Of a stretch of DNA of 64,000 nt, positions 46,802 to 57,963 are shown piece after piece (the stretch's first letter is position 1; the number at the start of each line of letters is the position of its first letter). Origin of the DNA: Candidatus Hydrogenedens sp. (GTDB lineage: Bacteria; Hydrogenedentota; Hydrogenedentia; Hydrogenedentales; Hydrogenedentaceae); NCBI GenBank assembly GCA_049968235.1, contig JBMFRC010000011.1:32001-96000 (forward strand). The letters run 5' to 3'. A program made the position numbers and the translations under genes. The notes below the pieces were generated by a model. The model did no database searches. It was not told the DNA's origin and saw only the letters and a program-made list of their open reading frames with translations.

Positions 46802-48265
46802 ATGAAACAGGAAGTAACATTAAAATTAGCATTAATTCCATGCATTATTCTTATTTCTTTATTAGTCATTAATGTCTGGATATTTGGAGATGAGGCTACT
46901 TCGGGACCCTGTCAGGTTGCTCTTCTGATATCCTCCATTATAGGAGGGATTATTGGTCATACGAAATTAGGGCTTTCTTACAGAGAAATAGAACGAAATG
47001 CAATACATTCAATTGTTCTTGCGATGGAAGCCATTATTATTCTCCTGGTCGTGGGTGCAACAATTGCTTTATGGATTCAAGGAGGTATTGTGCCAAGTAT
47101 TATTTACTATGGCATCCAGATACTAACCGCTAAATCCTTTCCTATAGTAGCCTGCATTATTTGTTCCATCGTTTCATTAGCCATTGGGAGTAGTTGGTCC
47201 ACAATGGGTACGATTGGGGTAGCCCTTATGGGGATTGGAAAAGCCTTAGGCTATTCAGAATCTCTGGTGGCGGGGGCTATTATTTCAGGTGCCTATCTTG
47301 GAGATAAAATGTCTCCCCTATCCGATACTACCAATCTTGCACCTGCCGTTAGTGGAACCAATCTTTTTAGACATATAAGGAACATGCTAAACACAACTAT
47401 ACCTGCTTATATTCTGACTTTAATTATTTTTCTTTGTATTGGATTGTTCTCACATACAAAAGGACAGGACATTCTCCAAACAGATGAAATTATTCGGGGT
47501 TTGGAACAGAATTTTTTTATTCATTGGTCTTTCTTTATCGTTCCTCTTATTGTTATTCTCCTTGCTATAAAACAAACGCCCGCAATACCGGCACTTACAG
47601 TGGGTTGTATTTTAGGAGGAATACTTGCGTTTGCATTCCAAAATAGTTATCCTGAAAATGTCCATCAAATTCCTTCCTTTATCTCCAAAAATTATAAAAG
47701 TATCATTTATGTGGCTTACCATGGATACAAATTAGAGAGTGGTATTCCTGTTCTGGATGATTTATTATCTGCGGGTGGTATGGAAAGAATGTTTTCTACA
47801 ATTTCTCTTATTATTATGGCAATGTTATTTGGAGGTGTGATGGAAGCCACAGGAATGCTTCAGAAGATAGCGGAATCTATATTGAACCATGTTCATTCTG
47901 CAGGGGGATTAATGATTTCTACAGTATTGAGTTGCATCATTTTTAACATATTAGCAGCGGAACAATATTTAGCCATTGTTATACCCGGTAGAATGTATCG
48001 GGCATCATATATAGCGAGACATCTGGATATGAGGAATTTATCCCGGACCTTAGAAGATGGTGCGACTGTAACCTCTGTATTAGTTCCATGGAATACCTGC
48101 GGAGCCTTCGCAAGTTCCGTTTTAGGGACTTCTACATTTCATTATCTCCCCTTTTGTTTCTTTAACTGGATAACGCCTATAGTATCCATTCTTATGTCTA
48201 TGATAAATTATAATATTATTCCTGCGGAGAAACAGGAAAATGAAACACAAACACACAAAGAATGA
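46802..48265 (+). CDS. Na+/H+ antiporter NhaC-family membrane transporter
   Basis: About 12 TM helices. Gly-rich helix pairs typical of the NhaC family. 487 aa. Confidence 0.55.
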   Translation: MKQEVTLKLALIPCIILISLLVINVWIFGDEATSGPCQVALLISSIIGGIIGHTKLGLSYREIERNAIHSIVLAMEAIIILLVVGATIALWIQGGIVPSIIYYGIQILTAKSFPIVACIICSIVSLAIGSSWSTMGTIGVALMGIGKALGYSESLVAGAIISGAYLGDKMSPLSDTTNLAPAVSGTNLFRHIRNMLNTTIPAYILTLIIFLCIGLFSHTKGQDILQTDEIIRGLEQNFFIHWSFFIVPLIVILLAIKQTPAIPALTVGCILGGILAFAFQNSYPENVHQIPSFISKNYKSIIYVAYHGYKLESGIPVLDDLLSAGGMERMFSTISLIIMAMLFGGVMEATGMLQKIAESILNHVHSAGGLMISTVLSCIIFNILAAEQYLAIVIPGRMYRASYIARHLDMRNLSRTLEDGATVTSVLVPWNTCGAFASSVLGTSTFHYLPFCFFNWITPIVSILMSMINYNIIPAEKQENETQTHKE

Positions 48266-48289
48266 GTGTATTTACATCAAGGAAAGAAA

Positions 48290-49261
48290 ATGGCTTTAAC
48301 CTTAACCCATATATATAAGCCTATTCAGGAACAAATATTAAAGGTAGCAGAAGAAGTTCAAAAAATATGGGAAGATGCATTAAAACTTGTAAATATAGAT
48401 TTTTCTATGGCACCTAAGGCAAAAGGGAAGTTGCTCCGACCTGCTGTATGTTTGTTATCTGCAGGGGCTATTGGTGAGGAAGACCTAAATACCTATATAT
48501 CTCTGGGAACTGCCTTTGAATTACTTCATCTGGCATCACTTACACACGATGATGTTATTGACCGAGCGGTTCTCCGTCGAGGTGGACAATCCTTAAATAT
48601 ACTCTGGGATAACCATGCTGCGGTATTGGGAGGGGATTATTTAGTTGCAAGAGCTATCGAACTTTTAGGAATTTACAAAAACTATGAACTTATTATCAAT
48701 GCAGTTCAATGTGTTCGTGAAATGGCAGAAGGTGAATTAAAATTTTTTGCCAAGCCTATAGAAACTTTTACTCTGGAAGACTGCACAGAGTTAGCCAAGA
48801 AAAAAACGGCTATGTTATTTGCTCGTTCCGCTTCTTCTTCTGCTCTTATAAAAAAATCGCCTGTCATGGAGACATTGTTCCGTTTCGGGGAAAACATTGG
48901 TATTGCATTTCAATTTATTGATGACTTATTGGATTTAACACAGGATACAAATATTTTAGGGAAACCCAGATATAGTGACATCTACGAACAAAAAGTTACT
49001 TTGCCCATATTAACTTTATGGAACAAATTAACAGATAAAGAAAAGGAACAATTTTTACATATTTTTGGCAAATCCATTGAAAAAAAAGAACAACAATGGT
49101 TAGAACAAAATATAAAGAAGTATAAAATTGAGGAAGATTTATTACAACATACGGAACGACTTAAACTTACAGCAATAGAAGAATTAAATCGTCTGCCGGA
49201 TAGTATTTACAAAGATTCTTTAATACAACTATGTTACTTTGTGGTTCAACGAGAAAATTAA
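48290..49261 (+). CDS. Polyprenyl diphosphate synthase (trans-isoprenyl diphosphate synthase family)
   Basis: First Asp-rich motif LASLTHDDVIDRAVLRRG. Second motif FQFIDDLLD. Start placed at ATG 48290 with AAGGAAAG SD; the track begins at GTG 48266. Confidence 0.85.
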   Translation: MALTLTHIYKPIQEQILKVAEEVQKIWEDALKLVNIDFSMAPKAKGKLLRPAVCLLSAGAIGEEDLNTYISLGTAFELLHLASLTHDDVIDRAVLRRGGQSLNILWDNHAAVLGGDYLVARAIELLGIYKNYELIINAVQCVREMAEGELKFFAKPIETFTLEDCTELAKKKTAMLFARSASSSALIKKSPVMETLFRFGENIGIAFQFIDDLLDLTQDTNILGKPRYSDIYEQKVTLPILTLWNKLTDKEKEQFLHIFGKSIEKKEQQWLEQNIKKYKIEEDLLQHTERLKLTAIEELNRLPDSIYKDSLIQLCYFVVQREN

Positions 49262-49289
49262 TTGAATAAAAAACTCGGAATTTTCGTCC

Positions 49290-49889
49290 ATGATAAATAA
49301 GGATATTAGAACTTCCAGTAATGAAATACAAGACAAAGAACTTGTAGAACGAATAAAAAAAGGTAATGAAGAAGCCTTTGATATTTTGATAAAAAGATAT
49401 TATAACATGGTTTATTTCACCTGTATAAAAAAATTATATAATCCGGATATTTCCAGAGAGGCAACACAGGATATTTTTATAAAAGTATGGAAAAGTATAA
49501 ATACATGTGTAGATGGGACTTATTTTGTTTCCTGGCTTATGACGATAGCCAGGAATCATTGTATAGACATTTTGCGGAAAGAAAGAAACCGCAAAGAACG
49601 CGAGATTTCTATAGAATCCTTCGAAAATTCAGATAATATCTCCCCGTCTGCTTTTGAACATTCAAGTATAGACAAAAGTCTCGAATTTGAATACTTGAAC
49701 ATTCTCGTTGAACAACTTCCGGAACCCCAACGTATTGTATTCCAAAAAAGATTGGAAGGTTGGAGCGTTCAAGAAATAGCGGATAACTTAAATTGTCCAT
49801 TAGGCACTGTTTTGAGCAGGTTTTCTTTAGCCAAAAGAAAAATATATGAACAGATGAAAAAGGCAAATATAACATTTAAGGAACTTTAA
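49290..49889 (+). CDS. ECF-type RNA polymerase sigma-70 factor
   Basis: Region 2 (FIKVWKSI...WLMTIARNHCIDILR) and region 4 HTH (WSVQEIADNLNCPLGTVLSRFSLAKRKI). 199 aa. Confidence 0.85.
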   Translation: MINKDIRTSSNEIQDKELVERIKKGNEEAFDILIKRYYNMVYFTCIKKLYNPDISREATQDIFIKVWKSINTCVDGTYFVSWLMTIARNHCIDILRKERNRKEREISIESFENSDNISPSAFEHSSIDKSLEFEYLNILVEQLPEPQRIVFQKRLEGWSVQEIADNLNCPLGTVLSRFSLAKRKIYEQMKKANITFKEL

Positions 49890-49926
49890 GATATAAGGAT
49901 AAGTAATAAATTACAGGGAAAGTAAT

Positions 49927-50433
49927 ATGAAAGATAACAGGATTTTAGAATTATTTGAAGATAATAAAAATTTGATTAACTGTCCTCACTTTGAAACAAT
50001 CGTAGAACAAATTGAATTATCTCAGGGAAAACCTACACAGGAGGTATTAGCACACATACAGAAATGTACTGAGTGTAGCAATTATTTTTCCTTCTGGCAG
50101 GAAATGGAGCAGGTTATTTCCTGGAACAACTCTCAAATGGGTAAAGCAATTATATCGGAATGGGAACAACAACAATCTATACAAAAAATCAAACAATCAA
50201 TAAAGAAAAAACAATATCAAAAGAAATTACTCATCTGGAGTGCTTTAAGCATTGCTGCGGGGATTTTATTTCTTATATTAGCCCTCTTTTATTTTATTCC
50301 TGCTACGCAACCGCCTTCTGTTCAAGCCATAGAACAACCCGCTTCGACACAACTTCCGGTTTCTGGTTATTCAGGAAATTCTATCCCGTATGATACCGCA
50401 CCTGAGATAAGAACTCCGGATAAAGATTTGTAA
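49927..50433 (+). CDS. Anti-sigma factor with ZAS-type zinc-finger motif and one TM helix
   Basis: HIQKCTEC matches H-X3-C-X2-C. One hydrophobic helix LLIWSALSIAAGILFLILALFYFIP. Immediately downstream of the ECF sigma gene. Confidence 0.55.
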   Translation: MKDNRILELFEDNKNLINCPHFETIVEQIELSQGKPTQEVLAHIQKCTECSNYFSFWQEMEQVISWNNSQMGKAIISEWEQQQSIQKIKQSIKKKQYQKKLLIWSALSIAAGILFLILALFYFIPATQPPSVQAIEQPASTQLPVSGYSGNSIPYDTAPEIRTPDKDL

Positions 50434-50437
50434 TTAG

Positions 50438-51346
50438 CTATTCAAGATTTATAACAAAAGTTCTGTCTTCCTGAAGTCCCTGCACCACTTCTCTCCCTGG
50501 AATTAAAGATTGCCGTGCAAAATTTATATTAGATAACCCAAAAGTATGAACTTCTATTTTATGAGTATGTACATAAAATTCACGAAATTCCATAGGATAT
50601 TCACACAAAGCAGATGTAGTTACCTGAACAATATTTTTAGAATGGATAACATAATTCATGTGCATATGCCCTGAGAGAATAATACAGGGACGAGGATGTT
50701 TATACAACAATTCCAGTATTTCTTCTGCATTTGATAAAATACCACTATCTTTATATCCTTTAAATTTACATCTATCTGGAATAGGAAATAACGGGGTATG
50801 AATAGAAACAACTATAGGATAATTTTTATGTTCTTTTAATTCTTTTTCCAACCACTGCAAGTGTTCCTTTGATAAAACCCATTGAAAGCCCTTGTGACTC
50901 TCTTTCATATTTATATGATGTTCCGGGTCCCGAACTGCATGAATTGTAGAGTCGTTCCACATCCAGCTGACTTCTAACATGCAAAATCGCAAATTTTTAT
51001 GAGTAAATGCGTAAGTAAACTCACCCTCAGGAAGTTCTGTATCAAAATATTTCAATTCACGTTCGCGAATTTGATGAGTACTTAAATCGTGATTTCCACC
51101 CAAAAGATACACGGGTATCCTGAAAGAATTAAACAAATCCTTTATTTTTTTGGGGACAACATCATCTTCACAAGAACAAATATCACCTGTTATGATGATA
51201 AATTCCGGAGAATAAACAAGGACATCATTCAAAAAACACTGGAATATATCAAAGGATTTTGTAGTTAGAATACGATTATTCCACATTCCATCCGGGTCAT
51301 ACCCTAAATGTAAATCCGAACATTGAATAAACGCCCATGGTTTCAT
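50438..51346 (-). CDS. Calcineurin-like metallophosphoesterase
   Basis: Blocks GDICSCED, GGNHD and SGHMHMN. Confidence 0.75.
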   Translation of the reverse strand: MKPWAFIQCSDLHLGYDPDGMWNNRILTTKSFDIFQCFLNDVLVYSPEFIIITGDICSCEDDVVPKKIKDLFNSFRIPVYLLGGNHDLSTHQIRERELKYFDTELPEGEFTYAFTHKNLRFCMLEVSWMWNDSTIHAVRDPEHHINMKESHKGFQWVLSKEHLQWLEKELKEHKNYPIVVSIHTPLFPIPDRCKFKGYKDSGILSNAEEILELLYKHPRPCIILSGHMHMNYVIHSKNIVQVTTSALCEYPMEFREFYVHTHKIEVHTFGLSNINFARQSLIPGREVVQGLQEDRTFVINLE

Positions 51347-51687
51347 GTAAAAACTTCCATTTCAAACAATTATCCTTTTAGTCATGAGGTCGTCTATTTA
51401 AAACCGCTAAGACGACACCAACAATTCCCACAATCCAAAAAATCCACACGGGACGACTTGATATAATTTGTAAAGATTCCGGTAAAACTCCCATAAAGAT
51501 AGCCAATCCCGTACCAAAGCCAAAAAGCATAAGTAAAATAGCAATAATCGTCATCTGCCTTCTTCCTTAATATTTCCATTTAGAAATTAATAAACATTAT
51601 AAAATACAATATTCCTAAGTGCAACATAAAAACAAAATTACAATAAGAGATACTTCGAGAAAAGACATTTTATAAAGGTCAACTTCT

Positions 51688-54237
51688 TTGGGTAAAAACG
51701 ATAAAAGAATAAAAGAATTAGAAGAACAAATACGACAATTAACACAACAACTGGAATCATTAGTTCGAGAAAAAGATACAAACTATCATAGCGGGAACAT
51801 ATCTGAAAAGGAGGAATCAGCATTAAATGGATATTCTTCAAATAGTAATCCATTCATAACAGCAACAACCCAATCGTCTCCCCATAATCTATTATGGTCC
51901 AAAATTAAATCTGCAACAAAAATTAAATCTAAAGAGGATTTAGAGCAAAAAATTGGTTCTGTATGGGCAAGCCGAATTGGCGCATTATTAGTCATGACTG
52001 CTGTAGTTCTGGGGACAAGAACTACTTTTTATTCAGCAGGTATAGGAATACGGGAAAAAATTATTATAGGTTATGCATTTTCAATTATGCTTATTCTGGG
52101 AGGATGGTTTAGTCGCAAAAAAAATATCTTTTCGGAAGTTATTCTGAGTTGTGGATTAACAGGGATATATTTCACAACCTATGCCGGGTTCTTTATCGAA
52201 GAAACTCACTTATTTCCTTTTTTGTCACAGGGCTATTGCTCCCTCCTTATAGGCTTCCCTGTCCTTTTAGTATGCCTTTTTCCTCTTATTCTCATTGCCC
52301 ATAAGAGAAAAAGTTCCACCATTGCCGGGATTGGACTTTTTCTGACATATTACACAGTGGCTTTGAGTTGCTATAACGAACCGAACATACGGACACTCTC
52401 CTATGCACTGCTTACCAGCATAACGATAGCGTTTATCACCTTTGTATTCCATCTAATTCATAACTGGTTTTTTCTTTCATGGCCCGGGGTTATTGCATCA
52501 TATGCAACCTATCTTTATGTCTTTCCTTATCTAAATCCCCATACCTACTTCCATATTCCTGAAAAAGCGTATTTTTGGATTTCATTTTTGTTCTTAACAA
52601 CCTGTTTTCTTTTATTTTCTATAACCTGCATTATGGATGCACGAAAACGAGGGGAATACCGCAAAGGGATTGCCCCTTTAGTAGGTCTTAACTCAGTTAT
52701 ATATTTTTGTCTTACCTTTTATGCTGTGAGAACATACTATTTACCCTACGAATATCTGTTTCGCACAGGTTTTGTGTTAATGTTGCTTACATTCTCTTTA
52801 ATTGCACATTTCACAGGACCTCGAAATAATTATATTTTTCAGGTATTTATCATAAAAACAATCATAATGATAACCCTTGCTATTCAGTCATACTTTTCCG
52901 GGGAAAAACTTTTAATAGCACTTTCAATTGAGTGTCTGGCTTTGGCACTGGCTCATAAACGAAGTGGTTATCTTGTGTATCGTGTAATGAATTTTTTTCT
53001 TCTCTGGGTTACTTTTTTCTGGGGTATCACTTATATAAAAACACCGGGGATTGTTTCTTTTGGGGCTTATCATATTCCAGCGAATTGGTTTGCGATATGG
53101 GGAGCCTCATTATTTCTGTTTGTTATAGCATGGTTCTATGAACATTTTGTTTCCATGCACCAGAGCAATATTCCTGAATGGACTTATGAAATTAATATTT
53201 CCAATATCAAGTGGAGGTTTTCTCCATTATTAATGTCAGTACTACACGCCTGTGTAGCATCATTACTTATCCTTCTACTTACAGTTGTAGATTTTATTGA
53301 TGACCTTCGTCTCCCTCTTGTGTTAACTACGGAACTTCTCCTATTATTAGGAATAGGCTTCATTTCCTCTACCCCTTCTATTGAATTTAGCGGGGTTCTT
53401 TTATTGGTTTCTGCGCAAGCATGTTATTTGTTTTATTTTTTCACCAACCCACAGTCATTGTATGAACTCCCCTATTTTCTATCCATGAGTTTCCCGCTTG
53501 CTTTTATATCCTACATTGGCGCTTATGCATGGGAAAAATATTTAAATAGAATTCACCCCAAACAGGATGACGATGTACATTTTACTCTCTCCATACTCCC
53601 TTATATTAGTAGCATACTTATTACCCTCATCGTAATAAATCAAATAACCACACTTTCGCTATTCCCGGTAATTGTTTCTATATTAGGAATGGTTATATAC
53701 GGTGTTAGCACCTACACACAACTTCCCTCTCTGGCTGTATCCGGAAAAGCATTAATATTAACCGCTACTCTATACTTTCTCATCTACCTTTCAAAAATTC
53801 CAGAAGAATATGCCCCACTATCTAATTTTTTAGTTTCATTATTTATCTCTGGTATTCTCATAGGTGCTGAACGCATTAAATCCCACCAAGAAAAGGAGCT
53901 CTTAAAAACGGATTTCCCTGACATTATGATTCGTATTATGTTTTTGAGCGGGGTAGTGTCGGTTCATTTATCTTTTGCCTTTATTTGTCTTCCTAAAAAT
54001 TTTCTAATCTTCTATTGGCTTGCTACAGGCTTGACCATTGTGTTTTTGGGTATGTTTTTACACGAATCTTTATACCGCTGGATAGGTTTTTGTGTATTGT
54101 TCGTTACCCTCTTTCGGACTTTCTTCGTTTTCCAATATATCTCCTCAGAAATATATCAGGTACTCAGTTTTGCAGTATCTGCATTGGTTTTATTTCTTAT
54201 CGGATGGATTTATTCGAGAAATCAAACCTCTAATTAA
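51688..54237 (+). CDS. Large polytopic membrane protein with N-terminal coiled coil (DUF2339-like)
   Basis: N-terminus KRIKELEEQIRQLTQQLESLVREKD is a coiled coil. A Ser/Asn-rich spacer follows, then more than 20 hydrophobic helices. 849 aa. Confidence 0.4.
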   Translation: MGKNDKRIKELEEQIRQLTQQLESLVREKDTNYHSGNISEKEESALNGYSSNSNPFITATTQSSPHNLLWSKIKSATKIKSKEDLEQKIGSVWASRIGALLVMTAVVLGTRTTFYSAGIGIREKIIIGYAFSIMLILGGWFSRKKNIFSEVILSCGLTGIYFTTYAGFFIEETHLFPFLSQGYCSLLIGFPVLLVCLFPLILIAHKRKSSTIAGIGLFLTYYTVALSCYNEPNIRTLSYALLTSITIAFITFVFHLIHNWFFLSWPGVIASYATYLYVFPYLNPHTYFHIPEKAYFWISFLFLTTCFLLFSITCIMDARKRGEYRKGIAPLVGLNSVIYFCLTFYAVRTYYLPYEYLFRTGFVLMLLTFSLIAHFTGPRNNYIFQVFIIKTIIMITLAIQSYFSGEKLLIALSIECLALALAHKRSGYLVYRVMNFFLLWVTFFWGITYIKTPGIVSFGAYHIPANWFAIWGASLFLFVIAWFYEHFVSMHQSNIPEWTYEINISNIKWRFSPLLMSVLHACVASLLILLLTVVDFIDDLRLPLVLTTELLLLLGIGFISSTPSIEFSGVLLLVSAQACYLFYFFTNPQSLYELPYFLSMSFPLAFISYIGAYAWEKYLNRIHPKQDDDVHFTLSILPYISSILITLIVINQITTLSLFPVIVSILGMVIYGVSTYTQLPSLAVSGKALILTATLYFLIYLSKIPEEYAPLSNFLVSLFISGILIGAERIKSHQEKELLKTDFPDIMIRIMFLSGVVSVHLSFAFICLPKNFLIFYWLATGLTIVFLGMFLHESLYRWIGFCVLFVTLFRTFFVFQYISSEIYQVLSFAVSALVLFLIGWIYSRNQTSN

Positions 54238-54246
54238 TAAAAGAAT

Positions 54247-55578
54247 ATGAATGCAAAGAAAGATAAATATTGGGTGTTAGAAAAAGGAGCAAGAAAGATA
54301 TGTAGCATCCTTCAAAAAAAAGGCTACATTGCTTATTTTGCAGGAGGGTGTGTGCGGGACCTGGTTATGAAAAGGGAACCGGTTGATTATGACATTGCCA
54401 CGAATGCAATTCCCAAAGAGGTACATTGCCATTTTCCTGATTCCATTATGCTCTGGAAACATTATGGCGTTGTCCGTGTGTTACTACCTGAAGGAGAATA
54501 TGAAGTAACAACCTTTCGTTCAGACGGTCCTTATCTGGATGGAAGACATCCATCTTCTGTGGTATTTTCTTCTCCTCAGGAAGATGCCCAACGGAGAGAT
54601 TTCACCATTAATGCCTTATTTTTTGACCCGTCCACAAACGAAATTATTGATTATGTAGGGGGACAGGAAGATATCCGAAAGGGAATTATTCGAACCGTTG
54701 GCAATCCTCATCATCGTTTCGCCGAAGACTACCTTCGTCTTTTAAGGTCAGCACGATTTTCCGCCCGATTCAATTTCAAAATTGAAAGAGATACCCTCGA
54801 AGCAATGAAAGAACTCCGTGCTGGGATACAAAAAGTACCGGCGGAACGAATACGAGATGAGTTGATAAAAATCCTTACAGAAGGGAATCCGTACCGGGCA
54901 TTTGAGATTCTTGACAGAACCGGTTTGTTAGAAGAAATTCTTCCAGAAATTTCAGCCCTCAAAGGTATTGAACAGGATAAAGAATATCATCCCGAAGGAG
55001 ATGTGTTCATACATACCCTTCAAACACTGAAATATTTAAATAATCCATCCCCTAAATTAGCTCTGGCAATTCTTTTACATGATGTCGGGAAAAAACAAAC
55101 CATCACCTACACAGACCGTATCCGATTTCCTAAACATGAAGCCATTGGCGCCCAGATAGCCACAAACATAATGGAACGATTACGATTTTCGCGTTCTGAA
55201 ATTGAAGATGTAGCATGGTTGATAAGAAATCACATGACTTTACTTCAATACCCACAAATGAGGGAAAGTACTCGAAAAAGATTATTTAAGAATCCTCTTT
55301 TTCCTCTCCTTTTAGAATTGGTAAGCATTGATATTCAAGCCAGCTTTGGGGAATTATCTTCTATAAACTCTATAAAAAAAGATTACCAAATGTTTCAACA
55401 AACAGTTTCTGAATATCAACCTTTACTTCGCGGTAAAGACCTGATTGGATTAGGATTTTCTCCGGGTCCTTTATTTCGAACTATTTTAGATGAGGTGGAA
55501 AATGCTCAATTAGAAGGTACCATCAAAACCCACGAAGAAGCCATTCAATTTGTTTTACAACACTGGCAACCCTCCTGA
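54247..55578 (+). CDS. cca: CCA-adding tRNA nucleotidyltransferase with C-terminal HD domain
   Basis: Pol-beta nucleotidyltransferase head AGGCVRDLVMKREPVDYDIAT. RFAEDYLRLLRSARF. HD-domain residues. Confidence 0.85.
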   Translation: MNAKKDKYWVLEKGARKICSILQKKGYIAYFAGGCVRDLVMKREPVDYDIATNAIPKEVHCHFPDSIMLWKHYGVVRVLLPEGEYEVTTFRSDGPYLDGRHPSSVVFSSPQEDAQRRDFTINALFFDPSTNEIIDYVGGQEDIRKGIIRTVGNPHHRFAEDYLRLLRSARFSARFNFKIERDTLEAMKELRAGIQKVPAERIRDELIKILTEGNPYRAFEILDRTGLLEEILPEISALKGIEQDKEYHPEGDVFIHTLQTLKYLNNPSPKLALAILLHDVGKKQTITYTDRIRFPKHEAIGAQIATNIMERLRFSRSEIEDVAWLIRNHMTLLQYPQMRESTRKRLFKNPLFPLLLELVSIDIQASFGELSSINSIKKDYQMFQQTVSEYQPLLRGKDLIGLGFSPGPLFRTILDEVENAQLEGTIKTHEEAIQFVLQHWQPS

Positions 55579-55654
55579 TTATTGTTTACATACCTGCAAA
55601 CATTCCCATCTCAAGATTTGATAAAATGAAAAGAAAGAAAGGTAGTATTCATCG

Positions 55655-57958
55655 ATGAATATTGCTCAAATTATTGACTATCTACAAAATAATTCCTCTT
55701 TTAAACAAAACCTGACTGCATGGAAAATCCTTCCTGCAGAACCCGCACAATATGATGAATTTCCGGAGGGGCTGGATGACCGACTTATTTCCGCATTGGC
55801 TCATCGTGGGATTCACCGTTTGTATACTCATCAGGCGGAAGCAGTCAAATCTGCTTTTCGTGGAGAAAATTTATGTATTGTAACACCGACTGCTTCTGGA
55901 AAAACTCTTTGTTATAATCTACCCGTATTGCAATCTATTTTGAACAATCCTAACTCACGAGCATTATATCTTTTCCCGACAAAAGCCCTCTCTCAGGACC
56001 AGGTTCATGAACTTAAAGAACTCAATGAAACACTTAAGTTAGGCATCAAAACTTATACCTTTGATGGAGATACTCCCACTACCGCAAGACAAGCCATACG
56101 CAGTGCCGGTCAAATCGTTGTAACCAATCCCGATATGTTACATACAGGAATACTCCCTCACCATACGATATGGATACACTTATTTGAGAATTTGAAATAT
56201 GTTGTCATTGATGAAATTCACTACTACCGTGGCGTTTTAGGAAGCCATCTAACAAACATTCTAAGGAGACTTAAACGAATCGCTACTTTTTATAATTCAA
56301 AGCCACAGTTTATCTGTTGTAGTGCAACTATTGCCAATCCGAAAGAACTGGCAGAAAAATTGATAGAGGAACCTGTAACCCTGATTGACCGCAATGGAGC
56401 ACCTCGAAGTGAAAAACACTTTCTTTTTTACAATCCTCCCGTGATTGATGCGGAATTAGGAATTCGCAAATCTTCCACCAAAGAAGTTACACGAATCGCA
56501 TCTCAGTTGATTTCCAAAGATATACAAACTATTATCTTTGCTCGAAGTAGGCTCCAGGTGGAAATTGTTACTACTTATCTCAAAGATACGGCTCGTCGGA
56601 TGAACCTTAATGAACAGCGTGTTTGTGGCTATCGGGGAGGGTATCTCCCTACAGAACGAAGGGCAATTGAAGAAGGTTTGAGAAAAGGAGAGATATTATC
56701 CGTGGTGAGTACAAATGCCTTAGAATTGGGAATTGATATTGGGTCTCTGGATGCTTGTATTATGTTAGGTTATTCGGGTAGTATCTCCAGCACATGGCAA
56801 CAGGCAGGGAGAGCCGGTAGAAGACAGGGGACATCTCTTGTTATTCTGGTGGCATCCAGTTCCCCTTTAGACCAATTTATTATCAGTCATCCGGAATACT
56901 TTTTTGGACAAAATGCAGAGAGTGCTACACTGGACCCCAACAATCTTTACATTCTAACCAGTCATTTGAAATGTTCCGCTTTTGAACTTCCTTTTGTCGA
57001 AGGGGAAACTTTTGGTATAGATACTCATTCCACGCAGACAATTTTAGAATACCTGCAAGAGCAAAGAATACTTCATAAAGTAAAGGAACAATGGCATTGG
57101 AGTGCAGACTCCTATCCTGCTCAGGATATTAGCCTTCGGACTGCGGCACCGGGCAATATCGTTATTCTTGACAGTCAAAATCATGGCCGTGTTATTGGTG
57201 AAGTAGATTATTTTTCTGCTCCCTCCGAAATCTATGAAAATGCCATCTATATGCATCAAAGTGAAACCTATACGATTGAACATCTTGACATGGAAGACCG
57301 AAAAGCATATGCTCGAGCTGTGGAAACAGATTACTATACAGATGCAGAACTAAAGGTCGATTTAGGAATTCTTAATATTTGTGAACAAAAGGAGGAGCCT
57401 TTACATAGACGGGTATGGGGAGAAATAAAAGTTACATGGTTACCTACAATATATAAAAAAATAAAATTTGGGACCCATGAAAATGTCGGCTGGGGAGAAA
57501 TACATCTTCCGGAGCAAACCATGCATACACTGGGATATTGGATGGAATTGTCCGACTCTCTTATTCAACAGACAAAAATACCTATAGAAAATCTCAGTGA
57601 TGCTTTAGTATCCCTGGTAAATGCACTACGACAGGTGGCTCCCGTTCAGGTTCTCTGTGACCCTTCGGACATTCGTGCCCATGCTATCTTAAAAGCACCC
57701 ATTTCACAGAAACCCACTCTTTTCCTGTATGAACGCTACCCTGGTGGAGTAGGGTTTAGTGAAAAAATTTTCCATCAGCACTACGATTTAATATCCGCAG
57801 GACTTTCTTTACTTGAAAAATGTCCCTGTAAGAATGGATGTCCAAGTTGCGTTGGACCTGCCATCGAGGTTGGACACATGGGGAAACAACATGCCTTGCA
57901 ATTAGCACGAATTCTAATACAGAACCCCAAAGGTCAACATCGTCTTTTGAAGAATTAA
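55655..57958 (+). CDS. DEAD/DEAH-box helicase with C-terminal DUF1998 zinc-ribbon domain (MrfA/YprA-like)
   Basis: Walker A TPTASGKT. DEIH box. Helicase C-terminal motifs VSTNALELGIDIG and QQAGRAGRR. C-terminal KCPCKNGCPSCVGP four-Cys DUF1998 signature. Confidence 0.8.
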   Translation: MNIAQIIDYLQNNSSFKQNLTAWKILPAEPAQYDEFPEGLDDRLISALAHRGIHRLYTHQAEAVKSAFRGENLCIVTPTASGKTLCYNLPVLQSILNNPNSRALYLFPTKALSQDQVHELKELNETLKLGIKTYTFDGDTPTTARQAIRSAGQIVVTNPDMLHTGILPHHTIWIHLFENLKYVVIDEIHYYRGVLGSHLTNILRRLKRIATFYNSKPQFICCSATIANPKELAEKLIEEPVTLIDRNGAPRSEKHFLFYNPPVIDAELGIRKSSTKEVTRIASQLISKDIQTIIFARSRLQVEIVTTYLKDTARRMNLNEQRVCGYRGGYLPTERRAIEEGLRKGEILSVVSTNALELGIDIGSLDACIMLGYSGSISSTWQQAGRAGRRQGTSLVILVASSSPLDQFIISHPEYFFGQNAESATLDPNNLYILTSHLKCSAFELPFVEGETFGIDTHSTQTILEYLQEQRILHKVKEQWHWSADSYPAQDISLRTAAPGNIVILDSQNHGRVIGEVDYFSAPSEIYENAIYMHQSETYTIEHLDMEDRKAYARAVETDYYTDAELKVDLGILNICEQKEEPLHRRVWGEIKVTWLPTIYKKIKFGTHENVGWGEIHLPEQTMHTLGYWMELSDSLIQQTKIPIENLSDALVSLVNALRQVAPVQVLCDPSDIRAHAILKAPISQKPTLFLYERYPGGVGFSEKIFHQHYDLISAGLSLLEKCPCKNGCPSCVGPAIEVGHMGKQHALQLARILIQNPKGQHRLLKN

Positions 57959-57963
57959 AAACA

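Noticed and set aside
51394-51579. 61-aa hydrophobic ORF between the phosphoesterase and DUF2339-like genes
   Set aside because: Small-membrane-protein status is possible but unsupported. It has no SD or conservation evidence that I can assess.
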